This document shows, piece by piece, positions 50,366 through 63,251 of a stretch of DNA of 64,000 nt (position 1 is the first letter of the stretch; the number at the start of each line of letters is the position of its first letter). The DNA comes from Rhizophagus irregularis (taxonomy: Eukaryota). The position numbers and the translations under genes are program-made. The notes under the pieces are model-generated. The model was not told the origin of the DNA and did not search any database. It saw only the letters and a program-made list of their open reading frames with translations. The stretch is taken from assembly GCF_026210795.1 (NCBI RefSeq), contig NC_089429.1, positions 3,534,001 through 3,598,000 of the forward strand, given 5' to 3'.

Positions 50366-51397
50366 TAGAGCTCCGAACAGGTCAGCCAAATTCAGGTAAC
50401 CTGACCTGACCAGACCTGAAATTCAGGTCAGGTATGAGATTTTTAAAAAAAATTCAGGTCAGGTATGAAGATTGACCTGACCTGATTGACCTGTTGACCT
50501 GAAACTATTGATTCTACTATATAATAAAAGTGAGTTGCAGTATTGCGATTCACTTTTTTATATTGATTCTATATAAAAAAAGTGAGTTGCAGTATTGCGA
50601 TTCACTTTTTTATATAGATTCTATATAAAAAAAAGTGAGTTGCGGTATTGCGATTCACTTTTTTATATTGATTTTATATAATAAAAGTGAGTTGCGATAT
50701 TGCGATTCACTTTTTTATATTAATTCTATATAAAAAAAGTGAATCGCAATACCGCAACTCACTTTTTTTATATAGAATCTATATAAAAAAGTGAATCGCA
50801 ATACCACAACTCACTTTTTTTATATAGAATTAATATAAAAAAGTGAATCGCAATACCGCAACTCACTTTTTTTATATAGAATCTATATAAAAAAGTGAAT
50901 CGCAATACCGCAACTCACTTTTTTTATATAGAATCTATATAAAAAAGTGAATCGCAATACCGCAACTCACTTTTTTTATACAAAATCAATATAAAAAAGT
51001 GAATTGCAGTATTGGGATTCACTTTTTTATATGATTTTAATATAAAAATGTTGAATCGCAATATTTCGAGAAAAAACGTTGCGAAAACGTTTTTTCATAA
51101 TATAACATTTTTTTCATAATGTTATATTAAAAAAAACGTTTTGCAATATTTTTTTTCAATATTTTAATAAAAAATGTTGCAAAAACGTTTTTTTTCATAA
51201 TATTATATTAAAAAAAAAAGTTTTGTACCGTTTTTTTTTCAATACTTTAATAAAAATAGTCCTGAAATTTTTCAGGTTTCAGGTCAGGTCAGGTCAAACA
51301 GACAACCTGATATAACCTGACCTGACCTGACCTGAAAAAAAATTTCAGGTCAGGTTTATCAATTAACCTGACCTGACCTGACCCATTCGGAGCTCTA
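50366..51397. mobile_element. Non-autonomous hAT element with internal palindromic satellite
   Basis: TIR TAGAGCTCCGAA; 8-bp TSD CTGCCATA (50358-50365, 51398-51405); subterminal (ACCTG)n repeats. Confidence 0.92.
50520..51065. repeat. ~54-bp hairpin-unit tandem array that switches orientation at ~50730
   Basis: About 4 copies of AAAAGTGAGTTGC.GTATTGCGATTCACTTTT, then about 5 reverse-complement copies. Confidence 0.9.
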
Positions 51398-52289
51398 CTG
51401 CCATATAATTTTTTATCTTTCTCACTTCAACATTAAATTACATGTAATAAAATTTTCTAATACATTATATATTGGTATTATACTATCTCTATCCATAATT
51501 CTATATTACATGATTTTATGTCGTTATATACTTGACAATAAAATCTTATCTTGAGAATCATGAATCGGTTTATACCATTTAACTAGTGCAAGTAATTATT
51601 TAAGGTCTATAGGTCCGGAATGTCTAAAAATTTGCAAATCACATGGATTTTCACTCTGGACCCACAATGGTTAGTATACGGACACAATACTATCGGTATT
51701 ACGAGTGATAGTTTAGCCGTTTCCAAACTGATACAAACTGATACATACGCCCAATTGCAACAATCATGATTAAAAAAAATACTTTTGTCAATTGATTGGT
51801 TACTATAAAATCGCCTTATATTGTTCGACATTCCAATTGTCGAAAACGGCAATAATCATTGTATAATTATTTGTTAATATTTCACGTGAACAAACAAATC
51901 AATAATTTTTTATATAAAACTTTCTCCATCCCTTTATCGAATTTTAGAACGATGGTTGATGATTGTTTTGCTAAGTAAATTTCATTTTACGATTTTTAAT
52001 AGTGATATATACATGATAATTAATTAAGTGATATCGATGGTATTAATTTTTAGTTTAATTTTAATAGTGATATACACATGATAATTAATTTAGTTTAATT
52101 AAGTGATATCGATAATATTAATTTAATTAAGTGATATCGATGATATTAATTTTTAATTAAGAGATAACGATTATGATATTATTTTAATGATGTAAGTAAT
52201 GGTTAAATAGGTGACTTTTCACCTTTCTTTTCGTTTCAATCTTGTTTCTTTACATTATTAAAATGAAGAAAAAAAATAAATTGACGCTT

Positions 52290-54339
52290 AATCCTATTTC
52301 ACGTAGCGAATCACATCCTCGTTCTCCTTCTCAAGATCGCTCTCAGCAATATCATCAATCTCCTTCCTCTCACTCCCATCGACGTTGACGTCAACATCAT
52401 TCTCATTCTCTCTCCTCCTCTCCCTCCTCTCACTCTCGTCGATGTCGACGTCAACATCATTCTCGTTCTCTCTCCCCTCTCCCTCCTTTCACTCTCGTCG
52501 ACGTCGACGTCGACATCATTCTCATTCTCGACACCATTATTATTATCTCTCTTTCTCTCCCTCCTCTCACTCTCGTCGACGTCGACGTCGACATCATTCT
52601 CATTCTCTCTCCCCCTCTCCCTCCTCTCACTCTCGTTGACGTCGACATCATTATCATTCTTCTTCCATTTCTCATTCTCAACAATCCTCTCTCCCTTCTA
52701 GGGGGAGATCGTTAACAAAAAGTATTATTATTTATATTATTATTGAAATTATATTTAATATGACCTGTACTAATTACTTGTAAAATAATAGGAAATTTGC
52801 CAGATTTATCGGAAGGTGGTTATATATATATTATTATCAAATCAATTAAAAATATAATAAATTTATAATATCTTTATTAACTTCTGATAGGTGGATAACA
52901 GCAACATCATCAAGAAGAGCAATCTTCGCAATCTTTAGGTGAGGACCCATTCATATCATTGCTTCATCAACTTCGCGCTTCATTGCATAACTGTTTTTCC
53001 TATTATAAAATTATTAAATCAAGAAATTCAAGAACTAAAAAGCGCGGTATCACAATTGTCTAGTCGACTGGAGGCTTTGACAGGCAGTAACTTCAGCCAT
53101 TCCAGTGATAAGACGATCGCGAGTATAACAACAAGTGTTAATCGAAGTCTATCACCCATAATAAGCAGAAATAAAGGAAAAAACTATCACCAATGACTCC
53201 AATCTTTAAAAAAACACTTCGTGTAAGTTACACCTCTATTATAAAATATTTATCTTTTATAATCTTTAATCATATTCATTATTATTTTAAATAGGATGAA
53301 GTTGTTCAAATCATTAATAATTTAGGTTCCAGAATTTTGTTTAATGTTTCACAAACGTTTAGTGACCAGAAGAAATCAATAAACAAAAAACTTTTACCAG
53401 CGGTAAAAGCGGCAATGAATCCATCGATTGAAGTATACGATACCGAGATTGTTAATGTAATCAAACAGCTTCATAAGTCTCACCGAGATATTTGGAAAAT
53501 AACCCAGGATGGCAAATTAGATACGCACAGTAGACGTCAACATATGACTTCTTGGCGAGACCAAGTACGAAATTTAATAAAATGCAAAATTTGTCAATTA
53601 TTTCTAATTGTCTATGCAATCCATTAACATTATTAATTAACTATTAATTAACTTTTTAACAGAAAATAACGCGACGTAAACGCGGTTTACAACACATGAT
53701 TAACACAAAAGACAAGGTTTTAAATGACTGCAAACCTCAAGAAATTACCTGGGACGAGTACATGAAAGATTGTGAAAAAATTGTAGTGATCTCGGAACTT
53801 CATTCCGATGAGTGGTCATCAGAAGATGAAAATCTTGCCAATAATGAAAAAAATCTAGAGAAAAGACCAGAACGTTTAGATAAATCGAATTCTGTAATCA
53901 AAATACATGAAAAAAAATGGCAATCTACGAGAGTATGTAAAGTTATTTCTTTATCAATATAACATTTATAAATAATTTTTTTTTTAATTAGATTAGGAGA
54001 ATTCTAAGTAGGGCGGATGAAATCGGGGAGAGTATTGGAACTGGTCTAATCTGTATGCGTCATCGTTTAGATAATGTCATCGATAATAAAAGTAGACTGA
54101 CAGAAAAAATGCCAGACTGGTGGATTTCTTCCACCTGGGCGCCAGTTAGCGAAGACAGCGAAGACAGCAAAGACAGCAAAGACAGCAAAGACAGCAATGA
54201 AAGTCATAAGGAAGGTGGTGATAATAATGATGACAATAATAATAATGATGACAATAATAATAATGATGACAATAATAATAATGATGACAATAATAATAAT
54301 GATGACAATAATGATGATGACAATAATAATGATGAGTGA
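52290..54339 (+). pseudogene. CACTA-like accessory gene: RS/His-rich N-terminus, coiled coil, conserved C-terminal domain, D/N-rich tail
   Basis: SHSRRRRRRHHSHS repeats; EIQELKSAVSQL; LHKSHRDIW...RRKRGLQHM...HSDEWSSED...W.S.R...PDWWISSTW. Start uncertain; contains stops. Confidence 0.7.
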
Positions 54340-54386
54340 CGAATAATAATAATAGTGATTCAATAATAATAACAACGAATTCGATG

Positions 54387-54387
<1 letters not shown>

Positions 54388-54437
<50 letters not shown>
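54388..54437. repeat. (CAA)n microsatellite
   Basis: Uninterrupted CAA run of about 16-17 units. Confidence 0.9.
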
Positions 54438-54440
<3 letters not shown>

Positions 54441-54629
54441 ATAATAACCCTTTAATAGTTTTATAAATATAATATATGTAACAATAATATAATAATAATA
54501 TAATAAAAATATGATATATCTTTTAATAAAAAAAATTAGTTATAATTTAATCAAATACAAATGTTATATAATTCAAATTCGTCATTCCGATTTACATATA
54601 AACAATTTTATATAAGATTCATTTGTTTT

Positions 54630-57600
54630 TTAAAATGAAATTTTTTTATTTAAAGGAATCATGGCCATATATTCTTTTATCTTTCTCGTTCCAATATTAA
54701 AATCACATTTTATAAATTTTCCTAATATATGATGTACTGGTATAATACTATCTCGACTCATATCATGAAACCCATTTGTCCATAATTCTATATTACATGA
54801 TTTTATGTCATCGTCTACTTGACAAAAATATCTTGTCCTATGATCTTGGACCAGCCTGTACCATTTAACTAGTGCTAGCGAATGAGTTAATGATGATGAA
54901 TTTTTTAAATAAATAGTATGTTCAAAATAAAATTGAATTTGACCGGGATATGTGTCTATAGTTCCATCTTCCTGCTCAAAACGAGCTAATATGTATGATG
55001 ATTTCTCATGACGAGCTGCCTGAATGGAACTAAATATATCCGCCCCAATTCTTATTCTACCGTATTGTATAATTTTGGAAATTACAACAATATCGTTATT
55101 TGGACCCGTTATAGAATAAATGGGGACGAAATATTCTTTATACAAACTATTATAAAATTCAACCAGTAAGTCCAAGACGCGGTTTGGGAGACATGTTTCT
55201 TGGCGCGGTTTCATTAACAACCCGGAAAAATGTTTTGTTCCATAAGCTGATTCATTTTCGATAAGTGAAAGCCTCAGAAAATTTTGATACTCATCACTTG
55301 TAAAATCATCAAGTGCAGCCAAGCTTCCTGCAGATTTTCTAGGCTTTATAATGTCCAAAGTGGTGTTTAATATATTGCTATCGCAATTTGTGAGGTAATA
55401 GTTTAAAAAGAAACTTTCAACCATTATTTTTAATAACTCTGGTTCAATGTTACGTTTGCTATTTTTATAAGATCCTATGTTCTTAAGAAATAAATTGCTC
55501 AATCTGTATAAATTAAAAAAACAATACGATTTTCAAATCGGCGAAATTAATATATCATACCTAGAATTCCGTTCATTCGTTCAAAGCTAAAACACCAAAA
55601 TGAGGATAAAGGTCCATAATCTAAAGCGCATTTACATATGTGAAGGCATAAATGCAGATTTGGGCTTATTTTTTTTTGTCCGTATTTTTTTTCAATTAAT
55701 TTATTCATTTCGAGTAGTTTTGTAAATGCTTCGTTTAGCTCGCTTTTTTGTAATTCCCGATTTGTTAAAATTTTACAGGAACGTACGAAATAAGCAAGAA
55801 TTTTTTGATTGATCTCTCTCAAGAGATTCCATGTGATAGGTATTGCAAAAATTAGAACAAACGTTTTTCACATGTCCGCCGTAAAATTTGAAAAGCCGTT
55901 GCCAGTGGCTATTCTAACGGGACGGCGACTGAGGTCACTTGGAAATTTTATCAAGTCGGCTCACTCTTGCATTATTTTGAGCTTTTCATTATTTAATATA
56001 CCTTCGTCGATCTAGAGCTTCATTACAATCCACTTTGCTACCCCGAAAAAGAGGCAGTGCATGAGATCAACTACGCAAAAGCGCACAGAATTAAAATAAG
56101 GTAATTGGTATACTTCTGACCAACGAACATGATACTGTGAGACATGAGCCTTACGCGATTCTTCAGTTGCACATTTCTTCCATTCACGTGCCTTCTCCCT
56201 TATTAAATTAATATCTCTCTCAACAAACCAGTCGTTAATGTCTTCAAACCCACCAAAATTGGGTTGATTATTTACCAAGTTTGCTGATTTATAGCATCGA
56301 TAACATGCGATTCGAGCTGATATAAAACCACATAATTTTCGAGTCGCAGGAACGTCACTAGCACAACCTATTATCGCGCCATGGATAAAACGACCGTTGT
56401 TATATTCATAGGTTTTTATATGATACCCTTCTCATAACTGATTTAGCTGATTTATGATGGGGTATAAGTAATTGTTGATTTCATGTTTCTTTGGCTCTTT
56501 AGGACTGGGTATAACTGCTAGTGTGAGAATATTGTAGGGCTTGAAACGTTCGCTTTGGGGTAAGTTACAAATAACGGCATATATTACGCTGACAGAATAT
56601 TGTGAATTTATATAGGGTTGAAACCAATCCATGTTTAGCATTAATCCGATATGAGTTTTGGTGTATTCTTTTTTGAAGAATGGTTCTCCTTTGCCATCTT
56701 CAAAACTCATCCAAATCCTCCCATCATAGATGTCAAATAAGGCTTCAGTTTCGTTTTCCCTTTCTGCCCACTTTCGACATGTCACCTCAAAATCTTTGCG
56801 ACCGAAAAATAGGGTTAGTTGGCGCCTAATGTTAACTAATGGAAATGTCATTATCGGACGGATAATTGGATTATTGCCACTATCTTTATTACTGTCTATT
56901 TTTTTGACTAGAGGGTTATTACATTTTTGTCGAAATCTTTCTTTGCTATGATTCGAATAGTTTATAAAACTACATGTTGGTACTTCGGTTGTGTTTGATA
57001 TTTCATTTATGTCATACAATTTGTAACATTTATTACATGTGGCATATTTGATAATATTCGTTGATATTCCCAATATTTTTTTGGCTACGTACAGGGAGGA
57101 AGGAAAAGATGAAAATTTATTTTCATCTACCGTTAAAAGAAAAAACCTTAGAAATTTAAATAAAGAATCTATTGAAACATTACTAGGAAGCTTATATCTT
57201 TGTTGATATTGTAATATCCATAAGATAATCCAGGTATAATTATCATTGTTGATATTAGGAAGTTTTGGTTCATCATCGTCAAAATCTTTTGACGCAAAAT
57301 TGACTTCTTCCTTATCATCATCTTCAAAATCTTCAGAGTCTCTATATTCTTCATCGCTTTCAAATCCAAAATTACTGTCTTCGTCATCATCTTCAAAATC
57401 GCCAGAAACACCATCTTCATCATCATCTTCAAAACTTTCAGAATCTCTATTTTCATCGTCATAGTCTTCAAAATCTCTATCTTGATCATCATTCATATCT
57501 CTTCCGTTATCTGGTAATAAATTTTCAAGAACGTGATCAGATATTTTCCCTTTCTTTGTGAATTTATGTTTTGCCGATTCATGTATAGGTATCCTCTCGA

Positions 57601-57904
57601 GTAAAGGTTCGCATTCTATTGCATTATTATCATCAGTATATTGTCTAACATCAGAAGGCCCAGCCTCTTGATAATCATCACCAAAATCATTAGATGGATT
57701 AGCATTAGAAGGCTCAGCTTCTTGATAATTGTTACTAAAATTATTATTCGCATAAGATATATTATATTTTAACCCATGTTTAGTTTTCATTTTTGGGTCC
57801 ACTAACTTGCCATTACATTCTTTACAAAAGCAGTATACTTTAGTTCTTGTTCTTGTTGTCAGGTCAGTTCTATTAGATTTGGCAACAGCTTGAGGGTTAG
57901 ACAT
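54630..57904 (-). pseudogene. Near-complete CACTA/EnSpm (Transposase_21-like) transposase with one intron and four in-frame stops
   Basis: DIYDGRIW, LNMDWFQPY, CNLPQSERFK, SDVPATRKLCGF, VDLMHCLFFG, SPNLHLCLH, YGPLSSFWCFSFERMNGILG. Stops at 56432, 56012, ~55960 and ~55868. Confidence 0.9.
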
Positions 57905-58412
57905 TTTTTTATCTAGGAAAATTTTTTGAAAATTTTTTTTTATATAGGAAATTTTTTTGAAAAATTTAGATCCTGAATTAATATGTTATTTTCTTTAATC
58001 CGCATATATTATGTTTCATTAGGAGAATTATTTATATTAAAGATTCACAAAAAGCCGCTAGATACTTATTAAAGTGAAACAATCAGCCACATTTTTGAAG
58101 CACAGTGAATAAATATCACCATATTAGTATATGTATTTATTTAATTTGTATTAATCAAATATTTACTCAAAATCTTTCGGGATTTTAACCAATTATATAT
58201 ATATGATTGGAAAATACCACCTGACAGGCACTTTTGCGCCTCTCCCACCCCCTAAAATATAGCATAATGAATGTTATTAGCCATTTTTAGCAATAATACA
58301 TGCTTTATTCATCGAATTATAAATTCCGAGATTAGCCAGAAAGATTATTTTCGCAAACCATCGTTGAATTCTCGCAAATTCTCGCAAAATCGCAAAAAAT
58401 AGAAGAGAGCGA

Positions 58413-58720
58413 ATGCTAAAGGAATTAAAGGGAAAGGATGAGGAAGTTGCCGATTTGCAAGTCTAGTTGCAGGACTTTAAAAAAGTTGTGTACGATTCGG
58501 GAGAGAAATTACTTAATAAGTTGGAGAAAAGTTCCTGTGAAAATAATTTGGTGGAGTGGTTAAAAATATACGACGAAAAAATAAAAGACTGAAAAAGAAA
58601 TTTATGATTTAAATTTACGATTATATTTTTCGCAACAACATCAACAAACGCAGCCGCAATAACAACTGCAACAACAATCGCAACAACAACAATCGCAATC
58701 ACCTACATTTAGCAGCTTAT
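58413..58720 (+). pseudogene. Small decayed coiled-coil ORF between the transposase and the accessory gene
   Basis: MLKELKGKDEEVADLQV*LQDFKKVVYDSGEKLLNKLEK...WLKIYDEKIKD*, followed by a CAA-rich tail. No recognisable family. Confidence 0.35.
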
Positions 58721-59941
58721 CAGAATACTTCAAATTTCACAAGTCATGATTAATCAATTATATTTCATTTTTTCTTTTTTTTGGCTTTTGCATCTAGATA
58801 AATTTGAAAATTCCTTTATATTTTGTAAATATGATATTTTTTTTGGCTATTAAACCAGCTTCTTTTTCATAATACAAGATAAGATAATATTAATACCTTT
58901 AAAATCGATTTAAAATGTTATAAATTTTGTATAAAATCTAATAGTAATTAATCATCATACTGCATGTAACAAGTATCTCAACGAACGATTTGTCCATCAG
59001 CGCTAAATGATCGTGATAAACTTGCATCTATCATTTTAGTAGTTATACATATGAACTATAATTTAAACAAAAAAGTCAGTCTAGTATGGGATCATTCTCC
59101 CTATCGATATGGGGAACATCTCCTGTAGATGTTATTCATTATTGTAATGTATGCAGGCGCAATAACACGAGTACTTCGTCTCAAACTGATACGCTATTAC
59201 ATCAACGATGGTTAAAAATTAATTGATTGAGTTATTTTTAAATCAAAATATCAAAATCACGTATAAAAGTATAAAAAGTTATTCTTTTATTGCCCAATAA
59301 GTATAGGTCGAACTAATTTTACTAATTTTCTGCCTTGGGCGCAGACGCGCAGTTTGTTACTACCACGTGACTGGATGACGCATAAGTGTCACGCGCCAGA
59401 TGCATAAATCCTACAAAATCGGAGGTGCCAATCATGATATATTTGTGTATGTTTACCACGCTTTCTTCGACGATATTTATATCGCTTTTTTTCGTTCATA
59501 TCACAGTTCAAAAATATTTCCTCTCTCTTTTCGTTCACATCACAGTTTCGAAAATATTTTCTATCACTTTTTGCGTTCACATCACGGTTTCAAAAATATT
59601 TCCTATTGCTTTTTCGTTACGTATTGCTATTTCGTCGTGTCACAGATTTTCTACTGGAAAAACAAACTTCCGTAAGTAATTAATTTAATTAAGTTTAATG
59701 ATATTAATTGATTATTGATATATTTAATTGATGAATAGCGATGTAGTATAAATTTATTGATATGTGAAAACGAAGTTAATAATTTATTTTATAGTTTATT
59801 TTAATTAGGCAATTACGCGTTAAATGATAGGATGATTCAAAATATGTATATAAAGTGCCTTTTTATCTCTTGTTCGATCTTTAATAATAAATACCATAAT
59901 GAAAAGATTTAAAAGATTTAAATTTTTACAAATTTCTCGGG

Positions 59942-62153
59942 ATGCATAGGAACCTCAATACTAGATCTCAACAAAAAGAATCAGATTCCCGTTCTCACTC
60001 ACATCGTTCTCATCAATGATCCCATTCACGTTGTTCCCATCGTCGTTCTCATTCACGTTGTTCTCATCAACGATCTTATTCACGTTGTTCCCATCGTCAT
60101 TCTCACTCACATCGTTCTCATTAATGATCCCACTCACGTCGTTTACATCGTCGTTCTCATTCACGTCATTCCCATCGTCGTTCCCAACCTCGTAGTCGTA
60201 GTCGTTTCCAATCTCATAGTCGTAGTCGTTCCCAATCTCGTAGTTGTAGTCGTTCCCAATCTCGTAGTCGTAGTTGTTCCCAATCTCGTAGTCATCATTC
60301 TTATCCTCATTCTCACCAACAACATATCTCTTCATCCCATTCTAGTTCTCCTATCCGTTCACGTCGACATCATTGATCACATAAATCACAATCTAGATCC
60401 CGCAATTCTTACCATCATCGATCCTATTGTGAAGTATTTGATTCTAATGATCAATTTACCACTCTCTCATCCAAAGATTCATCACCACAAAATAGAGAAA
60501 GATCATTAACAAAAAGTAATATTATTTTAAATTAGTCTTAATTACATTTCAAAAAATATACCGATTTAACATAATTATTATAGGAACACTTACAAATCAA
60601 TCTTCGATATTGCAAAATCAACCTTCCTCTTCAATTACTCCGGCTCTAAATAGCGGTATTATTTCCCTCACGCTCCTATTTTGACTTACATGTAAAAAAA
60701 AAAATTTTCAAAATGAATTATATTAAATACTGACTTATAATAGGTGGCGTTGAAAACCAAGAAATTCAAGAATTAAGAAATGTAATCTTAAATCTCACAC
60801 AACGCTTAAATAACCTAACCGAAAAAAACGCTAGTCATGAAGAACCTTTAGTTAATCGTCCCAATAGAAGCTTATTACCTATTATTATTAGAGAACAGAA
60901 ACGTGAGCTGCCACTCATGTCAAGTAATTATAAGAAGACACTTCACGTAAATATACATTTTTATTAAAATTTATCTTTATTAAATATAAATATTTGATCA
61001 TTTAATGACTGTTTTATTAAATAAAATAAAGTAGTCCATATTCTCAATAATCTTAATCGGTCACTTCAATTCGACCTATCAAAGACGTACAGTGAACAAA
61101 AAAAGCAATAGAAAGAAAACTTTTGCCAGCAGTAAAATCGGCCATGAACCCTTCTATTGTAGCATATGATATAGAGATAGTAAAAATCATAAAACAATTG
61201 CATAAATCTCGCCGAGAGATTTGGAAACTGCAAAAAGAAGGTAAAATGCCAGAACATACCAAAAGACAACACATGATATCCAGGAGGGATCAGGTATAAA
61301 ATTCATTATTTAATAATAAAAACATATACAATTAATTAATTTTTTAATTTACTCTTCAATAGAAGATGTTCCAGCGCAAAAGAGGATTGCAACATATGAT
61401 ATCGACACGAGACAAACTTTTGACTGAATGCCAACCTCGTAACTTAAAATGGGAAGAATTCATCAAAGATTGTATAAAGGCGACTAATACTTCAGACATA
61501 CACTCGGACGAATGGTCCACAGAAGATGAGGAATTAGCAAACAAAGAACGCAGTAAAAATACAAGATCAGGCTGATTAATTAACAATAATTCAGTAATAA
61601 AGATTTACGACAAGAAGTGGCAGTCGTCGGGAGTATGCGAAGTCGTGATGTTATTAATGAATATAGCATTTATGCTTAATAAATTATAAATTTTTATTAG
61701 ATTCAAAAAATTCTACATCGATCGGAAGAAATTGGTATTAGCATCGGATTTGGTCTAAGTCGTCCACGTTACTGCTCAGATGAAAATTTTGACAAAAAAA
61801 GTAAACCAAAGGAGAACATTCCCAGTTGGTGGATTTCGTCAAGCTGGGTTATACAAGAATCCGACGAAGATGGTGATGAAGAGGATAATAGTAATGACGA
61901 TAACAATGATGATAACAATGACGACAATAACGACGAAGATAAAAACAATGCTAGTAATGATAAAAACGACAATAACGTTAACGATAATAATAACGATAAG
62001 AATAATGATGATAAGAAAACCGATAATAATGATTATATTCTTATCGATGATAGCGATGAAAAGGATGATCCATTTCGACTAGTGGTTCCAAAAGAAATTA
62101 TTAGGGGATCAACTACTAAAAAACGTTCTCTTTTAAAAAGTGAAAGAAAATAG
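59942..62153 (+). pseudogene. Third CACTA-like accessory gene copy with long RS/His-rich N-terminus
   Basis: MHRNLNTRSQQKESDSRSHSHRSH...RSRSRSQSRS; EIQELRNVILNL; LHKSRREIW; RKRGLQHM; HSDEWSTED; PSWWISSSW; acidic tail. Clear paralogue of 52290-54339. Confidence 0.75.
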
Positions 62154-62346
62154 TAAGATTAGTAAGATGATTATAACACAGTAATAATAAATATAGCAAG
62201 AATATAATAATAAATATATCATAAACTGCAAAATAAAAAAACGTATATTACAATATGTGTTCATATAAATTAAAATCGGTCAATAATAGAAAAAACGGGT
62301 AATGATGAATTACGAAAAAATCAAAAATAGAAAGATTCTGGCTTAC

Positions 62347-62753
62347 TCGAAATAAAAACAGGTATAGGTTATTTTAAGTATTGCTCTTACTGATCTATAA
62401 ATCGGATTTCTATTCAATTCTATTTATGATCGAAATAAAAACAGGCATAAGTTATTTTAAGTATTGTTCTTACTGATCTATAAATCGGCATTTCTATTCA
62501 ATTCTATTTGTGATCGAAATAAAAACAGGCATAGTTTATTTTAAGTATTGCTCTTACCGTTCTATAAATCGGCATTTCTATTCAATTCTATTTGTGATCG
62601 AAATAAAAACAGGCATAGTTTATTTTAAGTATTGCTCTTACCGTTCTATAAATCGGCATTTCTATTCAATTCTATTTGTGATCGAAATAAAAACAGGCAT
62701 AGGTTATTTTAAGTATTGTTCTTACTGGTCTATATATCGGCAATTCTATTTGT
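62347..62753. repeat. Five tandem copies of an 84-bp unit
   Basis: TCGAAATAAAAACAGG at 62347, 62430, 62514, 62598 and 62682. Confidence 0.92.
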
Positions 62754-63251
62754 GAGATGGCATGATTATCGCAGTCCGATTTTGGATGATTACTACATGA
62801 ATCTGCATGGCAGTATAAGTCTGTTGTGCCAATTTATAAATCGGCACTTATTTTTTGAAAAATTATTATATGAATCGGTACAATTGGCAGTCCGATTTGG
62901 GAAATTATTGAAGAATCAGCAGGTAATATAAAATGTTTGTTGTTCTGATTTATGAATCAGCATGTTTATTTTCATGCCAGCAGTTTGATTGTGATGATAT
63001 TTTGTAAATTTATTTACAAGTCGGCAGTCCGATTATTATTTGAATCGGCATGATGGTTTAAAATGTGGCATTCCTATTTTTTGTCATTAAAAAGAGGAAT
63101 TTCTATTTTTAGCAATTCGCGTCATAAAATCGGCTGAATAAAGCCACAAATCGGACAAATACAGCCAAAAATCGGCAGTCCGATATTTGACCGATTTTTA
63201 CTTATTTGACGTGTGTTGTTTAAAGATAAATCTAAGATTTGTTCTACAGTA
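62754..63251 (-). mobile_element. Subterminal region and probable end of a CACTA-like element
   Basis: Dispersed ATCGGCA/GTCCGAT motifs ending at ...TTCTACAGTA (reverse complement TACTGTAGAAC), followed by an abrupt change in composition. Confidence 0.45.

Larger units (their letters stand above)
50326..51600 (-). pseudogene. C-terminal remnant of a CACTA-like transposase split by a hAT MITE
   Basis: LALVKWYKPIHDSQDKI...DIKSCNIELWI...KIKNYMAVIPLNKKISF*, nearly the same as the end of ORF 54630-55502. Confidence 0.8.

Noticed and set aside
54067..54438. Poly-Leu/Ile ORF, and the similar ORF at 59961-60335
   Set aside because: Antisense readings of microsatellite or low-complexity coding repeats.
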